Shown here: in pieces, positions 1-12,900 of the stretch
How positions within the stretch are numbered: position 1 is the stretch's first letter
Layout of the letters: each line of letters begins with the position of its first letter
Assembly (NCBI GenBank): GCA_964016885.1
Contig: OZ024755.1
Coordinates: 43,400,001-43,464,000, forward strand
Source: Eledone cirrhosa
Lineage: Eukaryota
Direction of reading: 5' to 3'
Length of the DNA: 64,000 bases
Made by a program: the position numbers and the translations under genes
The notes under the pieces: generated by a model
What the model was told of the DNA's origin: nothing
Databases searched by the model: none
The model's input: only the letters and a program-made list of their open reading frames with translations

Positions 1-432
1 CTAATCTTTGTATACTCACACTATTAGAAAGAGTTCCTAATCTTTGTCTACTATCACTATTAGAAAGAGTTCCTAGTCTCTCCCTACTAACACTATTACA
101 AAGAGTTCCCAATCTTTGCCTACTCACACTATTAGAAAGAGTTCCTAATATTTGCATATTCACACTATTAGAAAGAGTTCCTAATCTTATCCTGCTAACA
201 CTTTTAGAAAGAGTTCCTTATCTTTTCCTACTAACACTATTAGAAAGAGTTCCTAATCTTCGCCTACTAACACTATTAGAAAGAGTTCATAATCTTTGCA
301 TACTCACACTATTAGAAAGAGTTCCTACTCTTTGCATACTCACACTATTAGAAAGAGTTCCTAATCTTTGCATACTCACACTATTAGAAAGAGTTCCTAA
401 TCTTTGTCTACTATCACTATTAGAAAGAGTTC

Positions 433-442
433 CTAATCTAAT
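433..442 (+). other. First example of the 41-bp monomer (5-bp duplication CTAAT-CTAAT); roughly 65-70 copies across the window by hand count
   Basis: GTTCCTAATCTAATCTTTG occurs at 433, ~835, ~1379 and on to ~63045. It is almost always linked to the downstream variant TACACACAC, and it produces the PNLIFAYTHY/RQRLD ORF ends. Confidence 0.95.
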
Positions 443-940
443 CTTTGTCTACACACACTATTAGAAAGAGTTCCTTATCTTTTCCTACTAACACTATTAG
501 AAAGAGTTCCTAATCTTTGCCTACTAACACTATTAGAAAGAGTTCATAATCTTTGCATACTCACACTACTAGAAATATTTCATAATCTTTGCATACTCAC
601 ACTATTAGAAAGAGTTCCTAATCTTTGCCTACTAACACTATTAGAAAGAGTTCCTAATCTTTGCATACTCACACTATTAGAAATAGTTCCTAATCGTTGC
701 ATTCTCACACTATTAGAAAGAGTTCCCAATCTTTGCATACACACACTATTAGAAAGAGTTCCTAATCTTTGCATACTCATACTATTAGAAAGAGTTCCTA
801 ATATTTACAAACTCACACTATTAGAAAGAGATCCTAATCTAATCTTTGCCTACACACACTATTAGAAAGAGTTCCTTATCTTTTCCTACTAACACTATTA
901 GAAAGAGTTCCTAATCTTTGCCTACTAACACTATTAGAAA

Positions 941-2275
941 GAGTTCATAATCTTTGTATACTCACACTATTAGAAATAGTTCCTAATCCTTGCATACTCA
1001 CACTATTAGAAAGAGATCCCAATCTTTGCCTACTCGCAGTATTAGAAAGAGTTCCTAATCTTTGCATACTCACACTATTAGAAAGAGTTCCTAATCTTTG
1101 CATACTCACACTATTAGAAAGAGTTCTTAATCTTTGCATACTCATACTATTAGAAAGAGTTCCTAATCTTTCCCTACTAACACTATTAGAAAGATTTCCT
1201 AATCTTTGCATACTCACACTATTAGAAAGACTTCCTAATCTTTGCATGCTCACACTATTAGAAAGAGTTCCTAATCTTTGAATACTCACACTATTAGAAA
1301 GAGTTCCCAATCTTTGCATACTCACACTATTAGAAAGAGTTCCTAATCTTTGCATACTCACACTATTAGAAAGAGTTCCTAATCTAATCTTTGCCTACAC
1401 ACACTATTAGAAAGAGTTCCTAATTTTTGCATACTCACACTATTAGAAAGAGTTCCTAATCTTTGCATACTCACACTATTAGAAAGAGTTCCCAATCTTT
1501 GCCTACTCATACTAATAGAAAGAGTTTCTAATCTTTGCATACTCACACTATCAGAAAGAGTTCCTAATATTTGCATACTCACACTATTAGAAAGAGTTTC
1601 TAATCTTTTCCTACTAACACTATTAGAAAGAGTTCCTAATCTTTTTCTACTCACACAATTAGAAAGAGTTCCCAATCTTTGCATACTCACACTATTAGGA
1701 AGAGTTCCCAATCTTTGCCTACTCACACTATTAGATAGAGTTCCTAATCTTTGCATACTCACACTATCAGAAAGAGTTCCTAATCTTTGCATACTCACAC
1801 TATTAGAAAGAGTTCTTAATCTTTGCATACTAACACTATTAGAAAGAGTTCCTAATCTTTTCCTACTAACACTATTAGAAAGAGTTCCTAATCTTTGCAT
1901 ACTCACACTATTAGAAACAGTTCCTAATCTTTGCATACTAACACTAATAGAAAGATTTCCTAATCTTTGCATACTCACACTATTAGAAGAAGTTACTAAT
2001 CTTTGCATACTCACAATATTAGAAAGAGTTCCTAATCTTTGCATACTCACACTATTAGAAAGAGTTCCCAATCTTTGCATTCTCACACTATTAGAAAGAG
2101 TTCCTAATCTTTGCAAACTCACACTATTAGAAAGAGTTCCTAATCTAATCTTTGCCTACACACACTATTAGAAAGAGTTCCTAATTTTTGCATACTCACA
2201 CTATGAGAAAGAGTTCCTAATCTTTGCATACTCACACTGCTAGAAATATTTCATAATCTTTGCATACTCACACTA
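941..2275 (+). repeat. Segment duplicated at 8615-9949 (offset 7674 bp); partial third copy near 5110-5990
   Basis: ORFs 945..1361 and 1379..2122 match 8619..9035 and 9053..9796 at offset 7674. Rare variants are shared (ATTAGGAAG, TTAGATAGAG, GAAACAGTT, GCATTCTC). Confidence 0.9.
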
Positions 2276-2379
2276 TTAGAAATATTTCATAATCTTTGCA
2301 TACTCACACTATTAGAAAGAGTTCCTAATCTTTGCCTACAAACACTATTAGAAAGAGTTCCTAATCTTTGCCTACTAAC

Positions 2380-3965
2380 ACTATTAGAAAGAGTTCCTAA
2401 TCTTTGCATACTCACACTATTAGAAAGAGTTCCTAATCTTTGCATACTCACACTATAACAAATAGATCCCAATCTTTGCCTACTCACACTATTAGAAAGA
2501 GTTCCTAATCTTTGCCTACAAACACTATTAGAAAGAGTTCCTAATCTTTGCCTACTAACACTATTAGAAAGAGTTCCTAATCTTTGCATACTCACACTAT
2601 TGGAAAGAGTTCCTAATCTTTGCATACTCACACTATTAGAAAGAATTCCTAATAATTGCATACTCACACTATTAGAAAGAGTTCCTAATCTTTGCATACT
2701 CACACTATTAGAAAGAGTTCCCAATCTTTGCCTACTCACACTATTAGAAAGAGTTCCTAATCTTTGCATACTCACACTATTAGAAAGAGTTCCTAATATT
2801 TGCATACTCACACTATTAGAAAGAGTTCCTAATCTTTGCATAATCACACTATTGGAAAGAGTTCCTAATCTTTGCATACTCACACTATTAGAAAGAGTTC
2901 TTATTCTTTGCATACTCACACTATTAGAAAGAGTTCCTAATCTTTGCATACTAACACTAATAGAAAGATTTCCTAATCTTTGCATACTCACACTATTAGA
3001 AGAAGTTACTAATCTTTGCATACTCACAATATTAGAAAGAGTTCCTAATCTTTGCACACTCACACTATTGGAAAGAGTCCCTAATCTTTGCATACTCACA
3101 CTATTAGAAAGAATTCCTAATAATTGCATACTCACACTATTAGAAAGAGTTTCTAATCTTTGCATACTCACACTATTAGAAAGAGTTCCTAATCTTTGCA
3201 TACTCACACTATTAGAAAGAGTTCCTAATCTTTGCATACTCACACTATAACAAATAGATCCCAATCTTTGCCTACTCACACTATTAGAAAGAGTTCCTAA
3301 TCTTTGTATACTCACAATATTAAAAAGAGTTCCTAATCTTTGCCTACTAACACTATTAGAAAGAGTTCCTAATCTTTGCATACTCACACTATTGGAAAGA
3401 GTTCCTAATCTTTGCATACTCACACTATTAGAAAGAATTCCTAATAATTGCATACTCACACTATTAGAAAGAGTACCCAATCTTTGCATACTCACACTAT
3501 TAGAAAGAGTTCCCAATCTTTGCCTACTCACACTATTAGAAAGAGTTCCTAATCTTTGCATACTCACACTATTAGAAAGAGTTCCTAATATTTGCATACT
3601 CACACTATTAGAAAGAGTTCCTAATCTTTGCATACTCACACTATTGGAAAGAGTTCCTAATCTTTGCATACTCACACTATTAGAAAGAGTTCTTATTCTT
3701 TGCATACTCACACTATTAGAAAGAGTTCCTAATCTTTGCATACTAACACTAATAGAAAGATTTCCTAATCTTTGCATACTCACACTATTAGAAGAAGTTA
3801 CTAATCTTTGCATACTCACAATATTAGAAAGAGTTCCTAATCTTTGCATACTCACACTATTGGAAAGAGTCCCTAATCTTTGCATACTCACACTATTAGA
3901 AAGAATTCCTAATAATTGCATACTCACACTATTAGAAAGAGTTTCTAATCTTTGCATACTCACAC
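2380..3965 (+). repeat. Tandem 22-monomer HOR (792 bp) x2
   Basis: The rare marker CACTATAACAAATAGATCCC occurs at 2451 and 3243, and ORF starts fall at 2600 and 3392. Both offsets are 792 = 22x36. Confidence 0.88.
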
Positions 3966-6900
3966 TATTAGAAAGAGTTCCTAATCTTATCCTGCTAACA
4001 CTTTTAGAAAGAGTTCCTTATCTTTTCCTACTAACACTATTAGAAAGAGTTCCTAATCTTCGCCTACTAACACTATTAGAAAGAGTTCATAATCTTTGCA
4101 TACTCACACTATTAGAAAGAGTTCCTACGCTTTGCATACTCACACTATTAGAAAGAGTTCCTAATCTTTGCATACTCACACTATTAGAAAGAGTTCCTAA
4201 TCTTTGCATACTCACACTATTAGAAATAGTTCCTAATCGTTGCATACTCACACTATTAGAAAGAGTTCCCAATCTTTGCATACACACACTATTAGAAAGA
4301 GTTCCTAATCTTTGCATACTCATACTATTAGAAAGAGTTCCTAATCTTTACAAACTCACACTATTAGAAAGAGATCCTAATCTAATCTTTGCCTACACAC
4401 ACTATTAGAAAGAGTTCCTTATCTTTTCCTACTAACACTAGAAAGAGTTCCTAATCTTTGTCTACTATCACTATTAGAAAGAGTTCCTAATCTAATCTTT
4501 GCCTACACACACTATTAGAAAGAATTCCTTATCTTTTCCTACTAACACTATTAGAAAGAGTTCCTAATCTTTGCCTACTAACACTATTAGAAAGAGTTCA
4601 TAATCTTTGCATACTCACACTACTAGAAATATTTCATAATCTTTGCATACTCACACTATTAGAAAGAGTTCCTAATCTTTGCCTACTAACACTATTAGAA
4701 AGAGTTCCTAATCTTTGCATACTCACACTATTAGAAATAGTTCCTAATCGTTGCATACTCACACTATTAGAAAGAGTTCCCAATCTTTGCATACACACAC
4801 TATTAGAAAGAGTTCCTAATCTTTGCATACTCATACTATTAGAAAGAGTTCCTAATCTTTACAAACTCACACTATTAGAAAGAGATCCTAATCTAATCTT
4901 TGCCTACACACACTATTAGAAAGAGTTCCTTATCTTTTCCTACTAACACTATTAGAAAGAGTTCCTAATCTTTGTCTACTATCACTATTAGAAAGAGTTC
5001 CTAATCTAATCTTTGCCTACACACACTATTAGAAAGAATTCCTTATCTTTTCCTACTAACACTATTAGAAAGAGTTCCTAATCTTTGCCTACTAACACTA
5101 TTAGAAAGAGTTCATAATCTTTGCATACTCACACTATTAGAAATAGTTCCTAATCCTTGCATACTCACACTATTAGAAAGAGTTCCCAATCTTTGCCTAC
5201 TCGCAGTATTAGAAAGAGTTCCTAATCTTTGCATACTCACACTATTAGAAAGAGTTCCTAATCGTTTCATACTCACACTATTAGAAAGAGTTCTTAATCT
5301 TTGCATACTCACACTATTAGAAAGAGTTCCTAATCTTTCCCTACTAACACTATTAGAAAGATTTCCTAATCTTTGCATACTCACACTATTAGAAAGACTT
5401 CCTAATCTTTGCAAGCTCACACTATTAGAAAGAGTTCCTAATCTTTGAATACTCACACTATTAGAAAGAGTTCCCAATCTTTGCATACTCACACTATTAG
5501 AAAGAGTTCCTAATCTTTGCATACTCACACTATTAGAAAGAGTTCCTAATCTAATCTTTGCCTACACACACTATTAGAAAGAGTTCCTAATTTTTGCATA
5601 CTCACACTATTAGAAAGAGTTCCTAATCTTTGCATACTCACACTATTAGAAAGAGTTCCCAATCTTTGCCTACTCATACTAATAGAAAGAGTTTCTAATC
5701 TTTGCATACTCACACTATCAGAAAGAGTTCCTAATATTTGCATACTCACACTATTAGAAAGAGTTCCTAATCTTTTGCTACTAACACTATTAGAAAGAGT
5801 TCCTAATCTTTTCCTACTCACACAATTAGAAAGAGTTCCCAATCTTTGCATACTCACACTATTAGAAAGAGTTCCCAATCTTTGCCTACTCACACTATTA
5901 GATAGAGTTCCTAATCTTTGCATACTCACACTATCAGAAAGAGTTCCTAATCTTTGCATACTCACACTGCTAGAAATATTTCATAATCTTTGCATACTCA
6001 GACTATTAGAAAGAGTTCCTAATCTTTTCCTACTAACACTATTAGAAAGAGTTCCTAATCTTTTCCTACTAACACTATTAGAAAGAGTTCCTAATCTTTT
6101 CCTACTCACACAATTAGAAAGAGTTCCCAATCTTTGCATACTCACACTATTAGAAAGAGTTCCCAATCTTTGCCTACTAACACTATTAGAAAGAGTTCCT
6201 AATTTTTGCATACTCACACTATGAGAAAGAGTTCCTAATCTTTGCATACTCACACTGTTAGAAATATTTCATAATCTTTGCATACTCACACTATTAGAAA
6301 GAGTTCCTTATCTTTGCTTATTAACACTATTAGAAAGAGTTCCTAATCTTTGCCTACTAACACTATTAGAAAGAGTTCCTAATCTTTGCATACTCACACT
6401 ATTAGAAAGAGTTCCTAATCTTTGTATACTCACACTATTAGAAAGAGTTCCCAATCTTTGCCAACTCACACTATTAGAAAGAGTTCCTAATCTTTGCATA
6501 CTCACACTATTAGAAAGAGTTCCTAATCTTTGCCTACTAACACTATTAGAAAGAGTTCCTAATCTTTGCATAATCACACTATTGGAAAGAGTTCCTAATC
6601 TTTGCATACTCACACTATTAGAAAGAGTTCTTATTCTTTGCATACTCACACTATTAGAAAGAGTCCCTAATCTTTGCATACTCACACTATTAGAAAGAGT
6701 TCCCAATCTTTGCATACTCACACTATTAGAAAGAATTCCTAATAATTGCATACTCACACTATTAGAAAGAGTTCCTAATCTTTGCATACTCACACTATTA
6801 GAAAGAGTTCCCAATCTTTGCATACTCACACTATTAGAAAGAGTTCCCAATCTTTGCATACTCACACTATTAGAAAGAGTTCCCAATCTTTGCATACTCA

Positions 6901-9900
6901 CACTATTAGAAAGAGTTCCTAATCTTTGCATACTCACACTATTAGAAAGAGTTCCCAATCTTTGCATACTCACACTATTAGAAAGAGTTCTTAATCTTTG
7001 CATACTCATACTATTAGAAAGAGTTCCTAATCTTTCCCTACTAACACTATTAGAAAGATTTCCTAATCTTTGCATACTCACACTATTAAAAAGACTTCCT
7101 AATCTTTGCATGCTCACACTATTAGAAAGACTTCCTAATCTTTGTCTACTATCACTATTAGAAAGAGTTTCTAATCTTTGCCTACTAACACTATTACAAA
7201 GAGTTCCCAATCTTTGCCTACTCACACTATTAGAAAGATTTCCTAATCTTTGCATACTCACACTATTAGAAAGAGTTCCTAATCTTTGTCTACTATCACT
7301 ATTAGAAAGAGTTCCTAATCTTTGCCTACTAACACTATTACAAAGAGTTCCCAATCTTTGCCTACTCACACTATTAGAAAGAGTTCCTAATATTTGCATA
7401 CTCACACTATTAGAAAGAGTTCCTAATCTTATCCTGCTAACACTTTTAGAAAGAGTTCCTTATCCTTTCCTACTAACACTATTAGAAAGAGTTCCTAATC
7501 TTCGCCTACTAACACTATTAGAAAGAGTTCATAATCTTTGCATACTCACACTATCAGAAAGAGTTCCAACTCTTTGCATACTCACACTATTAGAAAGAGT
7601 TCCTAATCTTTGCATACTCACACTATTAGAAAGAGTTCCTAATCTTTGTGTACTATCACTATTAGAAAGAGTTCCTAATCTAATCTTTGCCTACACACAC
7701 TATTAGAAAGAGTTCCTTATCTTTTCCTACTAACACTATTAGAAAGAGTTCCTAATCTTTGCCTACTAACACTATTAGAAAGAGTTCATAATCTTTGCAT
7801 ACTCACACTACTAGAAATATTTCATAATCTTTGCATACTCACACTATTAGAAAGAGTTCCTAATCTTTGCATACTGACACTATTAGAAATAGTTCCTAAT
7901 CGTTGCATACTCACACTATTAGAAAGAGTTCCCAATCTTTGCATACTCACACTATTAGAAAGAGTTCCTAATCTTTGCATACTCATACTATTACAAAGAG
8001 TTCCTAATCTTTACAAACTCACACTATTAGAAAGAGATCCTAATCTAATCTTTGCCTACACACACTATTAGAAAGAGTTCCTTATCTTTTCCTACAAACA
8101 CTATTAGAAAGAGTTCCTAATCTTTGCCTACTAACAGTATTAGAAAGAGTTCATAATCTTTGTATACTCACACTATTAGAAATAGTTCCTAATCCTTGCA
8201 TACTCACACTATTAGAAAGAGTTCCCAATCTTTGCCTACTCACAGTATTAGAAAGAGTTCCTAATCTTTGCCTACTAACACTATTAGAAAGAGTTCCTAA
8301 TCTTTGCATACTCACACTATTAGAAACAGTTCCTAACCTTTGCATACTCACACTATTACAAAGAGTTCCCAATCTTTGCCTACTCACACTATTAGAAAGA
8401 GTTCCTAATCTTTGCATACTCACACTATTAGAAAGAGTTACTAATCTTTGCCTACTAACACTATTAGAAAGAGTTCCTATTCTTTGCATACTCACACTAT
8501 TGGAAAGAGTTCCTAATCTTTGCATACTCACACTATTAGAAAGAGTTCTTATTCTTTGCATACTCACACTATTAGAAAGAGTCCCTAATCTTTGCATACT
8601 CACACTATTAGAAAGAGTTCATAATCTTTGTATACTCACACTATTAGAAATAGTTCCTAATCCTTGCATACTCACACTATTAGAAAGAGTTCCCAATCTT
8701 TGCCTACTCGCAGTATTAGAAAGAGTTCCTAATCTTTGCATACTCACACTATTAGAAAGAGTTCCTAATCTTTGCATACTCACACTATTAGAAAGAGTTC
8801 TTAATCTTTGCATACTCATACTATTAGAAAGAGTTCCTAATCTTTCCCTACTAACACTATTAGAAAGATTTCCTAATCTTTGCATACTCACACTATTAAA
8901 AAGACTTCCTAATCTTTGCATGCTCACACTATTAGAAAGAGTTCCTAATATTTGAATACTCACACTATTAGAAAGAGTTCCCAATCTTTGCATACTCACA
9001 CTATTAGAAAGAGTTCCTAATCTTTGCATACTCACACTATTAGAAAGAGTTCCTAATCTAATCTTTGCCTACACACACTATTAGAAAGAGTTCCTAATTT
9101 TTGCATACTCACACTATTAGAAAGAGTTCCTAATCTTTGCATACTCACCCTATTAGAAAGAGTTCCCAATCTTTGCCTACTCATACTAATAGAAAGAGTT
9201 TCTAATCTTTGCATACTCACACTATCAGAAAGAGTTCCTAATATTTGCATACTCACACTATTAGAAAGAGTTCCTAATCTTTTCCTACTAACACTATTAG
9301 AAAGAGTTCCTAATCTTTTCCTACTCACACAATTAGAAAGAGTTCCCAATCTTTGCATACTCACACTATTAGGAAGAGTTCCCAATCTTTGCCTACTCAC
9401 ACTATTAGATAGAGTTCCTAATCTTTGCATACTCACACTATCAGAAAGAGTTCCTAATCTTTGCATACTCACACTATTAGAAAGAGTTCTTAATCTTTGC
9501 ATACTAACACTATTAGAAAGAGTTCCTAATCTTTTCCTACTAACACTATTAGAAAGAGTTCCTAATCTTTGCATACTCACACTATTAGAAACAGTTCCTA
9601 ATCTTTGCATACTAACACTAATAGAAAGATTTCCTAATCTTTGCATACTCACACTATTAGAAGAAGTTACTAATCTTTGCATACTCACAATATTAGAAAG
9701 AGTTCCTAATATTTGCATACTCACACTATTAGAAAGAGTTCCCAATCTTTGCATTCTCACACTATTAGAAAGAGTTCCTAATCTTTGCAAACTCACACTA
9801 TTAGAAAGAGTTCCTAATCTAATCTTTGCCTACACACACTATTAGAAAGAGTTCCTAATTTTTGCATACTCACACTATGAGAAAGAGTTCCTAATCTTTG

Positions 9901-12900
9901 CATACTCACACTGCTAGAAATATTTCATAATCTTTGCATACTCACACTATTAGAAAGAGTTCCTAATCTTTGCCTACAAACACTATTAGAAAGAGTTCTA
10001 ATCTTTGCCTACTAACACTATTAGAAAGAGTTCCTAATCTTTGCATACTCACACTATTAGAAAGAGTTCCTAATCTTTGCATACTCACACTATAACAAAG
10101 AGATCCCAATCTTTGCCTACTCACACTATTAGAAAGAGTTCCTAATCTTTGTATACTCACAATATTAAAAAGAGTTCCTAATCTTTGCCTACTAACACTA
10201 TTAGAAAGAGTTCCTAATCTTTGCATACTCACACTATTGGAAAGAGTTCCTAATCTTTGCATACTCACACTATTAGAAAGAATTCCTAATAATTGCATAC
10301 TCACACTATTAGAAAGAATTCCTAATAATTGCATACTCACACTATTAGAAAGAGTTCCTAATCTTTGCATACTCACACTATTAGAAAGAGTTCCCAATCT
10401 TTGCCTACTCACACTATTAGAAAGAGTTCCTAATCTTTGCATACTCACACTATTAGAAAGAGTTCCTAATATTTGCATACTCACACTATTAGAAAGAGTT
10501 CCTAATCTTTGCATACTCACACTATTGGAAAGAGTTCCTAATCTTTGCATACTCACACTATTAGAAAGAGTTCTTATTCTTTGCATACTCACACTATTAG
10601 AAAGAGTTCCTAATCTTTGCATACTAACACTAATAGAAAGATTTCCTAATCTTTGCATACTCACACTATTAGAAGAAGTTACTAATCTTTGCATACTCAC
10701 AATATTAGAAAGAGTTCCTAATCTTTGCATACTCACACTATTGGAAAGAGTCCCTAATCTTTGCATACTCACACTATTAGAAAGAATTCCTAATAATTGC
10801 ATACTCACACTATTAGAAAGAGTTTCTAATCTTTGCATACTCACACTATTAGAAAGAGTTCCTAATCTTTGCATACTCACACTATTAGAAAGAGTTCCTA
10901 ATATTTGCATACTCACACTATTAGAAAGAGTTCATAATCTTTGCATACTCACACTATTGGAAAGAATTCCTAATCTTTGCATACTCACACTATTAGAAAG
11001 AGTTCCTATTCTTTGCATACTCACACTATTAGAAAGAGTTCCTAATCTTTTCCTACTAACACTTTTAGAAAGAGTTCCTTATCTTTTCCTACTAACAATA
11101 TTAGAAAGAGTTCCCAATCTTTGCATACTCACACTATTAGAAAGAGTTCCCAATCTTTGCCTACTCACATTATTAGAAAGAGTTCCTAATCTTTGCATAC
11201 TCACACTATCAGAAAGAGTTCCTAATATTTGCATACTCACACTATTAGCAAGAGTTCCTAATCTTTTACAACTAACACTATTAGAAAGAGTTCCTAATCT
11301 TTTCCTACTCACACTTTTAGAAAGAGTTCCCAATCTTTGCATACTCACACTATTAGAAAGAGTTCCCAATCTTTGCCTACTCACACTATTAGAAAGAGTT
11401 CCTAATCTTTGCCTACTCACACTATCAGAAAGAGTTCCCAATCTTTGCCTACTCACACTATTAGAAAGAATTCCTAATCTTTGCATACTCACACTATCAG
11501 AAAGAGTTCCTAATCTATGCATACTCACACTATTAGAAAGAGTTCCTAATCTTTGCATACCAACACTAATAGAAAGATTTCCTAATCTTTGCATACTCAC
11601 ACTATTAGAAGAAGTTACTAAATTTTGCATACTCACACTATTAGAAAGAGTTCCTAATCTTTGCATACTCACACTATTAGAAAGAGTTCCCAATCTTTGC
11701 ATACTCACACTATTAGAAAGAGTTCCTAATCTTTGCCTACTAACACTATTAGAAAGATTTCTTAATCTTTGCCTACTAACACTATTAGAAAGAGTTCCTA
11801 ATCTTTGCATACTCACACTATTAGAAAGAGTTCCTAATCTTTGCATACTCACACTATTAGAAAGAGTTCCTAATCTTTGCATACTCACACTATTAGAAAG
11901 AGTTCCTAATCTTTGCCTACTAACACTATTAGAAAGAGTTCCTAATCTTTGCAAACTCACACTATTGGAAAGAGTTCCTAACCTTTGCATACTCACACTA
12001 TTAGAAAGAGTTCTTATTCTTTGCATACTCACACTATTAGAAAGAGTCCCTAATCTTTGCATACTCACACTATTAGAAAGAATTCCTAATAATTGCATAC
12101 TCACACTAATAGAAAGATTCCCCAATCTTTGCCTACTCACACTATTAGAAAGAGTTCCTACTCTTTGCATACTCACACTATTAGAAAGAGTTCCTAATCT
12201 TTTCCTACTAACACTATTAGAAAGAGTTCCCAATCTTTGCATACTCACACTATTAGAAAGAGTTCCCTATCTTTGCCTACTCACACTATTAGAAAGAGTT
12301 CCTAATCTTTGCATACTCACACTATCAGAAAGAGTTCCTAATATTTGCATACTCACACTATTAGAAAGAGTTCCTAATCTTTTCCTACTAACACTATTAG
12401 AAAGAGTTCCTAATCTTTGCCTACTAACACTATTAGAAAGAGTTCATAATCTTTGCATACTCAGACTATTAGAAATAGTTCCTAATCCTTGCATACACAC
12501 ACTATTAGAAAGAGTTCCCAATTTTTCCCTACTCGCAGTATTAGAAAGAGTTCCTAATCTTTGCATACTCACACTATTAGAAAGAGTTCTTATTCTTTGC
12601 ATACTCACACTATTAGAAAGAGTCCATAATCTTTGCATGCTCACACTATTAGAAAGAATTCCTAATAATTGCATACTCACACTATTAGAAAGAGTTCCTA
12701 ATCTTTGAATACTCACACTATTAGAAAGATTTCCCAATCTTTGCCTACTCACACTATTAGAAAGAGTTCCTAATCTTTGCATACTCACACTATTAGAAAG
12801 AGTTCCTAATATTTGCATACTCACACTATTAGAAAGAGTTCCTAATCTTTTCCTAATAACACTTTTAGAAAGAGTTCCTTATCTTTTCCTACTAACACTA

